Assembly: GCA_002733105.1 (NCBI GenBank)
Contig: NVUI01000008.1
Span: 50,507-114,506 of the forward strand
From: Methylophaga sp.
GTDB taxonomy: Bacteria > Pseudomonadota > Gammaproteobacteria > Nitrosococcales > Methylophagaceae
Length of the DNA stretch: 64,000 bases
Direction of reading: 5' to 3'
The position numbers and the translations under genes were made by a program. The notes below the pieces were generated by a model. That model was not told where the DNA came from. It saw only the letters and a list, made by a program, of their open reading frames with translations, and did no database searches. Positions 39,607 through 47,359 of this stretch are shown here, piece after piece. Position 1 is the first letter of the stretch; the number at the start of each line of letters is the position of its first letter.

Positions 39607-40050
39607 TTATTGAGTCGCATCACGACTTAATGATAGATTTTTCCCACCGGCACTTTTAATGCTATCAATAACATTAACAACCGCTTGCAAAGGAACTCCA
39701 GCTATCGGTTTTACTAATATACGTTTATCAGGTTGTTGTGAAATCAGCTTTTGTACCTTATTCATTAAATTATCTTCAGAAACAGGCACGCCTCCAATCA
39801 ACATTTGATTTGGCTGTATTTCTATTAACAGTGCTTCATCATCACTATCGCCTGTAGCAGCATGTACTGGTGCATCAAGCCGTATTTCACGCCAATCAAA
39901 AAAGGAGGATGCCAGCATAAAAAATATCAACAAAATAAACACCACATCAATGAGCGGTGTCAAACTAATTAGTTGACGTTTTCTTGCAGGTTTAGTGGCT
40001 AACGCTAAGCTTTGCAGATCTGCTTGATACTGTTTCATGTGTTGTTTCAC
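39607..40050 (-). CDS. exbD: ExbD/TolR-family biopolymer transport protein (second copy)
   Basis: LTPLIDVVFILLIFFM block. Both candidate ATGs (40050, 40038) overlap the 3' end of exbB by 47-59 nt. Confidence 0.85.
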   Translation of the reverse strand: MKQHMKQYQADLQSLALATKPARKRQLISLTPLIDVVFILLIFFMLASSFFDWREIRLDAPVHAATGDSDDEALLIEIQPNQMLIGGVPVSEDNLMNKVQKLISQQPDKRILVKPIAGVPLQAVVNVIDSIKSAGGKNLSLSRDATQ

Positions 40051-40831
40051 TAGGAGAGGTCAAATCTATCGTAAATACTTGGGTTACTGCATTTTCCATT
40101 GCGTGAGCTGTTCTCTCAACAATTCGCTCTAACCAATTCAAAATCACTACAACCGGTATAGCAACCGCCAAACCTACAGCTGTTGTTAACAAGGCTACCC
40201 AGATACCGTCGGATAAAATTGATGGATCAACCTGATTCCCTGCCAAGGCAAGTTGACGAAATGCTGCAATCATCCCGATTACGGTGCCAAATAGCCCTAA
40301 TAATGGCGAAATTGATGCAATGACTTCCAGTGTTCGAAATTGCAGTCTTAGTTGTTCAATTTTTTCGGATCCAAATCGAACAACCTCTTCTCGTATCAAC
40401 GAGTCTGTCAATGTAGATGCTAATGTGCCATTAATGGCGACAGCAACAGTACTTGCAACAGGATGGTTTGAACCTTGAATTAATGCAAGTGCATCATGAC
40501 TGTGTGATGATCGATGCAAGCTAATCGCTTTATTTACAGCCTCGTCCCCTTTTCTCAAAACTCGGAACTGCCATATTTTCATGAAAGTAACTGTTAATGC
40601 AATTACGGAAAGAACAACAAGTATCACTACCACAGGCCCACCAATTTCAAAGAACTCTTGGACCATCATTATTGGACTAGGCTCCACTGCTGAAACTAAG
40701 TCGGATTCCATAATTGATGCTAGATCAGGATCCATAACTGACAATAGATTAGGATCTGCAGTTAGAACTGGCTTGGCATCCACAAGTAAAACTCCTTTAT
40801 ATTTGATAACAGAGTTGAAAAAGTGATGCAT
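39992..40831 (-). CDS. exbB: MotA/TolQ/ExbB proton-channel protein
   Basis: Conserved C-terminal block SPLLGLFGTVIGMI.AF......G..DP..L..GI..AL.TTA.GL.VAIP. The core begins at MMVQEFFEIGGPVVV, so an alternative start at 40669 (GGAG upstream) is at least as likely as 40831, which has no SD. Confidence 0.85.
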   Translation of the reverse strand: MHHFFNSVIKYKGVLLVDAKPVLTADPNLLSVMDPDLASIMESDLVSAVEPSPIMMVQEFFEIGGPVVVILVVLSVIALTVTFMKIWQFRVLRKGDEAVNKAISLHRSSHSHDALALIQGSNHPVASTVAVAINGTLASTLTDSLIREEVVRFGSEKIEQLRLQFRTLEVIASISPLLGLFGTVIGMIAAFRQLALAGNQVDPSILSDGIWVALLTTAVGLAVAIPVVVILNWLERIVERTAHAMENAVTQVFTIDLTSPSETTHETVSSRSAKLSVSH

Positions 40832-40890
40832 TAAAAGAAAATAAGCCGCACTTTTTAGACAATTACTTCACAAGTATACAATATCTAAAT

Positions 40891-40909
40891 GAGAATGAGA
40901 ATGACTTTC
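40891..40909. promoter_or_regulatory. Fur box upstream of the exbB operon
   Basis: gagaatgagaatgactttc matches the Fur 19-mer at about 14/19. It is part of a module duplicated at 49659..49745. Confidence 0.55.
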
Positions 40910-41051
40910 ATTAATATTCATACAATGTACAGTGTCACTCACTTTATAAAGCTTGAATAACATTATTTATCATCCGATAACCATTTCCCAACTTGTTCTA
41001 CAAATCGACTAAAATCAGCTACAATAAATCTGTCCTCTTTTTCTTCAAAAG

Positions 41052-41183
41052 CAAGCAAGAGGTTATGCCTCACCAGAATCATTTACACACGGTACGACAC
41101 AACAACGTGTACGTTGGTTTAAAATTGGCTTCGATACCGGTTCTGCACAAAGTTGTAATACATATGAAGCCATAACGTTATAA
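41052..41183 (+). repeat. right copy of the 132-bp direct repeat (orphan in-frame ypfJ 3' fragment)
   Basis: Translates in the ypfJ frame to [43 protein letters not shown], versus [43 protein letters not shown] for the real gene end. Confidence 0.85.
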
Positions 41184-41285
41184 TAAAATTAAGGTTGTCA
41201 AAAAGCCTTAAACTACGCTTACAAGCTCAGCTATTTTATAGCGTATAAATTTTAAATTGTGTCTAATCATCTTTTGGAAATATAA

Positions 41286-41777
41286 ATGATTGAATCATCC
41301 GTCACACAACTATTGGAACAAAATAACACGTCATTTGATGTCATTAAAATTCCACTATCTGAAGATAAAAAACCCATTCGAAACTTAGAAGAATTACTCC
41401 AAGCTGAAGGACGTGATCCTCATTCTGTAGTACGTAGTTTATTGTTTAAAACCAAGTCGGGGGACTTTGTACTACTTGCTGTTGCAGGTAGTGGTCGTGC
41501 TGATTGGGCTACATTACGAAAACATCTAAGTGAACGAAAACTGAGAATGGCTGAATTTGATGAGATTGAACACGTCACAGGATATGTTGTTGGATCTGTA
41601 CCTCCAATTGCTCTACCTGATAACGTTCGAGTGTTGGTTGATGACAGTGTCCATAGCTTTGAAAAGGTGATTATTGGCAGCGGTGTTTTAGGTTATGCCC
41701 TATCACTATCAAGCACTAATTTAATATCTCTATTAGCCGATGCCGACAAAGGCATGTTTGTTAAAATAGAGTCCTGA
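41286..41777 (+). CDS. YbaK/EbsC-family aminoacyl-tRNA deacylase domain protein
   Basis: 163 aa with ..VRSLLFK.....VLL.V.G....D...L...L........A....E..TGY..GSV.P... The pattern fits the YbaK/ProRS-associated editing domain. Confidence 0.7.
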   Translation: MIESSVTQLLEQNNTSFDVIKIPLSEDKKPIRNLEELLQAEGRDPHSVVRSLLFKTKSGDFVLLAVAGSGRADWATLRKHLSERKLRMAEFDEIEHVTGYVVGSVPPIALPDNVRVLVDDSVHSFEKVIIGSGVLGYALSLSSTNLISLLADADKGMFVKIES

Positions 41778-41828
41778 AAAAAGTAATTTATATCACACTC
41801 AAAAGTTATATTCCTCAGCGAAGCATCC

Positions 41829-42212
41829 CTATTTTTCTGCTGGTGTAACAGCCTCTTTGGTGGCATCCCAAGCATCGTTTGAGACTTCTTTTGTTTTATC
41901 CCAGGCATCTGAGCTACCTTCTTTGGTAGTATCCCAAGCATCATTTGAAACTTCTTTTGTTTTATCCCAAGCACCTGAGCTACTTTCTTTGGTGGCATCC
42001 CAAGCATCGTTTGAGACTTCTTTTGTTTTATCCCATGCGTCTGTACTACCTTCCTTAGTTCCGTCCCACAGACTACTAAAGGCAGCCTTTGTTTTATCCC
42101 AGAAGCTAGGCTCTTCCGCTGGCGTACCTTCTGCATATGCCACACTAAACATCAGACTTGAACAGCAGATGATAATGCCAACAAATTGCTTGAACATTAC
42201 TAATTGTCTCAT
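41829..42212 (-). CDS. secreted 11-mer-repeat protein (hypothetical)
   Basis: AGGGA SD and an SPase-I signal (..FSVAYA/EG), followed by about 7.5 copies of an 11-aa unit (W-D-x-T-K-E-x-S-x-D-A). It is the only one of three overlapping frames with both a signal peptide and an RBS. Confidence 0.65.
   Translation of the reverse strand: MRQLVMFKQFVGIIICCSSLMFSVAYAEGTPAEEPSFWDKTKAAFSSLWDGTKEGSTDAWDKTKEVSNDAWDATKESSSGAWDKTKEVSNDAWDTTKEGSSDAWDKTKEVSNDAWDATKEAVTPAEK
41853..42101. repeat. 33/66/132-bp nested tandem repeats (coding)
   Basis: ggtggcatcccaagcatcgtttgagacttcttttgttttatccca recurs exactly 132 bp apart (about 41858 and 41990), with diverged 33- and 66-bp sub-periods. Confidence 0.85.
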
Positions 42213-42328
42213 TTCAATTCCCTATCTTGGGTTGTATATAGTTCTGATAACAGATTGTAACAAACCTTAGGCTGAAAACTGTATTTGTTAAATTAAGTTA
42301 TGCTCAAGTGCATTTTAAATAGGCCACA

Positions 42329-45300
42329 CTATCGTTTAATGGCAAAAAATAATGAATATAGTGTGGGTACAAATACCAATGTCATTATAGAGCCTATCGC
42401 TAGGCCAAAGGCTATAGCACTAGCCATACCATAAAATAGAGCATCATTAGAAAGTATCAATGGCATCAAGCCCAACACAGTGGTTAGTGTAGTAATAAAA
42501 ATCGGCCGAAACCTTGAAAGGCAAGCATTGATTAAAGCTTGATAACGATCTGATGTTTTTTGTTCTTCAATACCAATTTGGTCTATCAACACAATACCAT
42601 TATTAATAATGATACCTGCTAGGCTGAAAAAACCCAATATGACCATAAAGCCAAATGAAGCTTGCATTACCACAAGCCCCAGTGTGGCTCCGACCACCAC
42701 TAAGGGGATCGTCAATAGTATAATTGCCGTTTTCCTGTACGAGTTAAATTGCCAAATTAATAGCAATATGATCAAACCAATAGCATAAGGGAAATTAGCA
42801 AATAGCTTTTCATTAGCTTCACTTTGTTGCTCTATCTCACCCCCTACTTCTATTTGAGCATGCTTGGTTACACTATCCAATGTTGGCTGAATTTTATCTA
42901 ATATTTGAGCTGCCGTAAGATCATCATGCTTAGCTGTAATAGTCAAAGTACGTTGTTGATTCTCACGTTTGATACGTCCGACTTGCCAACCACCTTCTAT
43001 ATCAACTACCTGTATTAAAGGGATCCACGTACTATGCGTAGCTGAATAAATCTGCAGGTTAGAGATTTCGGATAGTGAGTTTCGTGCATTTTCTGTTCCT
43101 CTTATCACAATAGGAATAACACTTTCCCCTTCACGGTAATCTGAAATAACAGTCCCGTTAAAATAAGCATCTAATACCTTAGATATTTGGTCAGACGTAA
43201 CACCTGCTGCTCTTGCCCTTGCTTGATCAACATTAGCCATTAATTTAATGATCTTATTTTCCCAATCCTGCTTAGCAATACTCATATTTGGAATAGCGTG
43301 AAGTGCTGCTAATATTTTTTCACTTTGGTCAAAAAGTATATCTTGATCTTCAGAAATGATTCTTAGCTCAAACAGCCCAGCTTCAGATGCACCCATCCAC
43401 ATTTTTTTCACTTCGGTACGTGCTTCAGGAAAGTTTGTTAATAGATATGTATTAACCCGTTCTATCATGGTATCAACCTGATCACTTGAGTGTGTATTCA
43501 CCACAGTAAAAGCGTGGTGAGGATCAGGATCAGGTGGTGACAATGATAAAAAGAATCTTGGACCGCCACTTGCTACGTAACTAACTGAGCTTGAAATCTC
43601 AGGATTAATTTCATTGTCAGATAACCAGTGCGCTAATCTTTGTATTGTTTTATCTGTTTCATTAAGAGAGCTTCCGGCTGGCAAATCAACATACACAAGA
43701 AATTGATTTCTTTCCCCTAAAGGAAAGAACTCTTTATCTACTTTACCCAGCACATATGCAGAACCAATAAGTATGACCAACATCATCACAACAAATTTTA
43801 TCCTATTTCTTAAAACCATATTAAGTAAAGAGGTATATATCTTCTGACTACAACTCTGTTCTATTTTTTTATTAAGTGCTACTTTTAAAAATTTAGCACT
43901 GACCATCGGTGTGAGATACAGTGAAAAGAACCAAGAAATAAGTAAAACAATCGTGATAACTTGAGCAAGCGAAAGCGTGTACTCGCCCACACCACCCTCT
44001 GCCATTGCAATCGGAACAAAAAATAAAATAGTGGTTAATGTAGATGTCAGTAATGGAATAGCTAAGGACTTACCGGCAAGAATCGCAGCAGAAACTTTGT
44101 CCTTACCTTCCGCGATTCTAACGCCAATATTTTCAGCAATAACGATACCATTATCCACTAACATCCCTAGCGATATAACCATCGCAGCAATAGACATACG
44201 CTGTAACTCAACATCTAACAAACGCATCACCACCACAGCCGCTAACATGGTGACAGGCACAAAAGCGCCAACAATAAGCCCGGCTCTAAATCCTAAAAAC
44301 GCAATCACCACAAACAATACTATTGCAATTGTTTGATACAAATTATTGATGGCACCTGATACCGCTTCTTTGACCAATGTCGGTTGATAAGTCGCATAAT
44401 CAAGCTCTAAACCCCACGGTAACTCTGCTTGAATTTTTTTCACTTTTTGAATCAATTTCTCACCATACTCGATACTGTTAATACCGTCTAACACTGAAAC
44501 ACTCAAAATAATGGCTGGCTTATCTTTAAAGTAAACAGGGGTGACGGGGGGATCAACATAATCTCGAGTGATGGTAGCGATATCATTAAGCCGAATTAAT
44601 TTATCGGTATTCGGCACACTAATTAAAATAGATGCAATTTCATCTATTGACTGGAAGTCACCCGATGACTCCAACATGATATCAAGCCCATTCGCAGTGA
44701 TTTTTCCACCGGGTGATAACACATTCTGCAATGCTAAAGTCTCAGCAATCACTCTTGGCTCAATACCTAATTGGGTGAGCTGGTTGACTGATAACTCGAT
44801 AAATATACGCTCATCTTGAATGCCGTAAATCTCAATTTTCTGTGTCCCATCTAATAAATACAGACTATCTTGAATATCTTCAGCGTAGTCCTTCATTTCT
44901 GCAAATGAAAACCCATCGGACCATAATGCAATTGAAGCAAGAGCTGATAATCCAACATCATCTTTAACGATAGGACCTACTGTTCCAGAAGGTAACTCTC
45001 GTTTAACATCATCCATTTTATTTCTAAGTTCTTGCCAAACAGCGTTGAGATCATCAACATCATCATGTACTTCAATTTTGATCAGTGAGATCCCTGTTTT
45101 TGAATCAGAAAAAATATTTTTTACTTCCGGGATCTCCCTGATCTTTCTTTCAACAGGCTTAGTGATAAGATCCTCTATTTTTTCAGGTGTCATACCCAAA
45201 AAAGAGACAGTAACTTGTGCCTGTCGTATCACAATAGAAGGATCTTCTTTACTGGGATATTGCATAAACACTAGAATTCCCAGCACGACTGTCATCAACA

Positions 45301-45355
45301 CCGTGAATAGTGTAAAACGGGAATTATTAATCGAAAATGCTGTGATATTAAGCAT
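42329..45355 (-). CDS. RND-family efflux transporter permease (AcrB/AcrD/AcrF superfamily)
   Basis: 1008 aa with a 12-TM, two-large-loop architecture. The N-terminus (AFSINNSRFTLFTVLMTVVLG) and the conserved TM4/TM10 blocks (SIAAMVISLGMLVDNGIVIAENI, GIIINNGIVLID) fit the family. Confidence 0.9.
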   Translation of the reverse strand: MLNITAFSINNSRFTLFTVLMTVVLGILVFMQYPSKEDPSIVIRQAQVTVSFLGMTPEKIEDLITKPVERKIREIPEVKNIFSDSKTGISLIKIEVHDDVDDLNAVWQELRNKMDDVKRELPSGTVGPIVKDDVGLSALASIALWSDGFSFAEMKDYAEDIQDSLYLLDGTQKIEIYGIQDERIFIELSVNQLTQLGIEPRVIAETLALQNVLSPGGKITANGLDIMLESSGDFQSIDEIASILISVPNTDKLIRLNDIATITRDYVDPPVTPVYFKDKPAIILSVSVLDGINSIEYGEKLIQKVKKIQAELPWGLELDYATYQPTLVKEAVSGAINNLYQTIAIVLFVVIAFLGFRAGLIVGAFVPVTMLAAVVVMRLLDVELQRMSIAAMVISLGMLVDNGIVIAENIGVRIAEGKDKVSAAILAGKSLAIPLLTSTLTTILFFVPIAMAEGGVGEYTLSLAQVITIVLLISWFFSLYLTPMVSAKFLKVALNKKIEQSCSQKIYTSLLNMVLRNRIKFVVMMLVILIGSAYVLGKVDKEFFPLGERNQFLVYVDLPAGSSLNETDKTIQRLAHWLSDNEINPEISSSVSYVASGGPRFFLSLSPPDPDPHHAFTVVNTHSSDQVDTMIERVNTYLLTNFPEARTEVKKMWMGASEAGLFELRIISEDQDILFDQSEKILAALHAIPNMSIAKQDWENKIIKLMANVDQARARAAGVTSDQISKVLDAYFNGTVISDYREGESVIPIVIRGTENARNSLSEISNLQIYSATHSTWIPLIQVVDIEGGWQVGRIKRENQQRTLTITAKHDDLTAAQILDKIQPTLDSVTKHAQIEVGGEIEQQSEANEKLFANFPYAIGLIILLLIWQFNSYRKTAIILLTIPLVVVGATLGLVVMQASFGFMVILGFFSLAGIIINNGIVLIDQIGIEEQKTSDRYQALINACLSRFRPIFITTLTTVLGLMPLILSNDALFYGMASAIAFGLAIGSIMTLVFVPTLYSLFFAIKR

Positions 45356-45368
45356 ACAAATAGTATTC

Positions 45369-46466
45369 CTATTGTGCCTGGTATGGTTTAACTTTTAATC
45401 CATCCGTTAGAAAAGAAACACCAGCAGAGACAATACTTTCTCCTGTATTAACACCACTTACTGCAATGAAATTACCAATAACTCTATCTACTGGTGCAAT
45501 AGCACGCTTTTCAAGAGATGAGCTTTCAGAATTATAAACATAGACGTATGCTTTTACTTCACCTTTTCCTGCCAACATACTTGTCAATGGGATCAAATAA
45601 CTTTTTTGTGTTGTGTGATGTTTGTTTACGTTTAGTGTCACTTCAGCAGATAGCCCACTTCTTAGTTCTTCATCAATATCTATTAGGCTCACTTTTACCT
45701 CAAATAAATTACCTGGACCCGCACTTGAGCCAATCTCTGTCACTTGTGCAACAAAGATCTTGTCGATCGCATTAAATTTAACTCGTGCAGGGATACCTAT
45801 TGTTATCATGGATAACTCTCTTTCAGGTACATCAATTTTTATCTCAATGCCCTTGGCGCCATCAATTGTTAATACTTTTTGTCCTGTAGATACCTCTTCA
45901 TATAACTCAACAACACGTTCGCCAATGGTGCCTGAAAAAGGTGCTTTCATCACGGTATCTGAGACTGTCTTCTTTGCAAGATTGACCTTTGTTAGCATTA
46001 CATTCATTTGTTGCTTGGCAGATTTCATTGAACCTTCAGACTTATCTAAATCAGTCCGTGTTATCCATCCTTTCTCAGCTAACAACATCTTCCTATTATA
46101 ATCACTGGCCTTTTCATCAAAATCAGCTTTCGCTTTCATAAATTCTGCTTGGGCAACCTGTTGCTCTAATACGACTGATGATTTATCTAACTTAGCGAGT
46201 GTTTGATCTTCAACCACTTTATCTCCAGCAGCAACTAGCATTTCTGCTATTTTTCCTGAAATAGGAAAGCTTAGATCTGAAACTTTAGATGATGATGATT
46301 GGCCGGGATAGACCCTATTTTCAACCGCATTACTATCTACGACGGTATATAGCTTAACGGCTCTTATGATGTCTTCAGATGCTTGTTCAGCTTCCTGCTG
46401 CTGACAGGCAAGTAGACTGAATATTATAAAAATGCCAACAATGTAGCGATGTGATTTCATATTCAA
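45369..46466 (-). CDS. RND efflux periplasmic adaptor (membrane-fusion protein), lipoprotein
   Basis: Lipobox LLA/C, a coiled-coil hairpin segment and beta-barrel domains. It lies immediately upstream of the RND permease. Confidence 0.85.
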   Translation of the reverse strand: MNMKSHRYIVGIFIIFSLLACQQQEAEQASEDIIRAVKLYTVVDSNAVENRVYPGQSSSSKVSDLSFPISGKIAEMLVAAGDKVVEDQTLAKLDKSSVVLEQQVAQAEFMKAKADFDEKASDYNRKMLLAEKGWITRTDLDKSEGSMKSAKQQMNVMLTKVNLAKKTVSDTVMKAPFSGTIGERVVELYEEVSTGQKVLTIDGAKGIEIKIDVPERELSMITIGIPARVKFNAIDKIFVAQVTEIGSSAGPGNLFEVKVSLIDIDEELRSGLSAEVTLNVNKHHTTQKSYLIPLTSMLAGKGEVKAYVYVYNSESSSLEKRAIAPVDRVIGNFIAVSGVNTGESIVSAGVSFLTDGLKVKPYQAQ

Positions 46467-46874
46467 CGAGCATCCTCTTTGTTATCAGATATAACGCCTC
46501 TCAAATAGTACTACTCAATAACACTTAAGTATATGTTTGAAGCGACTATAAGGTAGGCTACTAAACACCAATTTAACATGCTCATAATTACTGTCTTCTG
46601 AACAAGATACACTGGCATGGTCTCTGCTTTCTTGTTGAAAGGAAAGAATCCGACAAGATTTATTTTCTACTCAAGATTAGGGAAGCAAGCTATGGAAAGA
46701 AATAAGCCCATCATTGGTGGACATCAGCAATTAACATTAGAATGGACCGGCAATATAAAAGCGGCAAAAATAACCCTGTCAGTTGCAGGAAAAAATCAGA
46801 ATGTTAGTAATGACCGTTGGGTGAAAATCATTCGACAATATAAAGTTCACCTACTTTTACATTAAATTTTGACT

Positions 46875-47330
46875 CTATAGCCAACGATTGACACTATTTT
46901 TATAGTCTCTATATTGCTGACCAAATTTTGATTCTAATATTTTTTCTTCAGGAATAATTTGTTGTCTGGTCATCATGACCATAAAAATAGGTAACAGGAT
47001 AAAAGGTGAAAAACTTCTAAGTAGAAATGCCCAGCCAGTCAATAATAGTAATAATCCAACATACATCGGATTTCTTGAATACTGATACATACCCATTGTC
47101 ACTAATTTTTCTGTATTCTCAGGGTGAAGAGGATTGATGGTTGTGTGACTACGAAAAAATTGCAGCAATGACATTGCATCAATAATAACTGCTGCAACAA
47201 TAAATATGATCCCAAATTGATTCCAAGCATAAAAAGCCACCTCAATAATGGGCACAAATCTATCTACTAACCACATTAAACCGGCTGTTAGTACCATATA
47301 AATAGGCGGTGGTATTTTTAACTTAAACAT
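46875..47330 (-). CDS. isoprenylcysteine carboxyl methyltransferase (ICMT)/PEMT-family membrane methyltransferase
   Basis: Four TM helices and a YSRNPMYVGLLLLLTGWA block, plus a C-terminal E..L...FG..Y..Y. Confidence 0.75.
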   Translation of the reverse strand: MFKLKIPPPIYMVLTAGLMWLVDRFVPIIEVAFYAWNQFGIIFIVAAVIIDAMSLLQFFRSHTTINPLHPENTEKLVTMGMYQYSRNPMYVGLLLLLTGWAFLLRSFSPFILLPIFMVMMTRQQIIPEEKILESKFGQQYRDYKNSVNRWL

Positions 47331-47359
47331 ATTTAGTCTGGAAAATAATTCATTAGCTG

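Larger units (their letters stand above)
29317..41183. mobile_element. about 11.9-kb genomic island (TonB system + FecIR + TBDR + Slam/cargo + TPR) bounded by the ypfJ 3'-end direct repeat
   Basis: The repeat pair 29185..29316 / 41052..41183 brackets a block of ten genes, all on the minus strand and all devoted to one function. No integrase or transposase was recognisable, so the mobility mechanism is unknown. Confidence 0.5.

Noticed and set aside
40993-41175. 60-aa ORF, and the similar 74-aa ORF at 29126..29350 (shared KQEVMPHQNHL..NNVYVGLKLASIP)
   Set aside because: Both are out-of-frame readings of the two copies of the ypfJ 3'-end repeat. Their similarity is what led me to the direct repeat, but they are not genes.
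41693-42270. Two further long ORFs (41693..42145 on the minus strand, 41857..42270 on the plus strand) over the 33/66-bp repeat region
   Set aside because: Open frames arise in several phases because the DNA is a tandem repeat. Only 41829..42212 (minus strand) has an SD and a signal peptide. The 41693 ORF also runs into the 3' end of the ybaK-like gene.
46617-46865. 82-aa ORF upstream of the RND operon (possible internal start MERNKP..)
   Set aside because: It shows no recognisable family, no clear SD and no TM or signal features. I left it unannotated rather than call a hypothetical gene. It might be real, and proteomics or homology search would decide.
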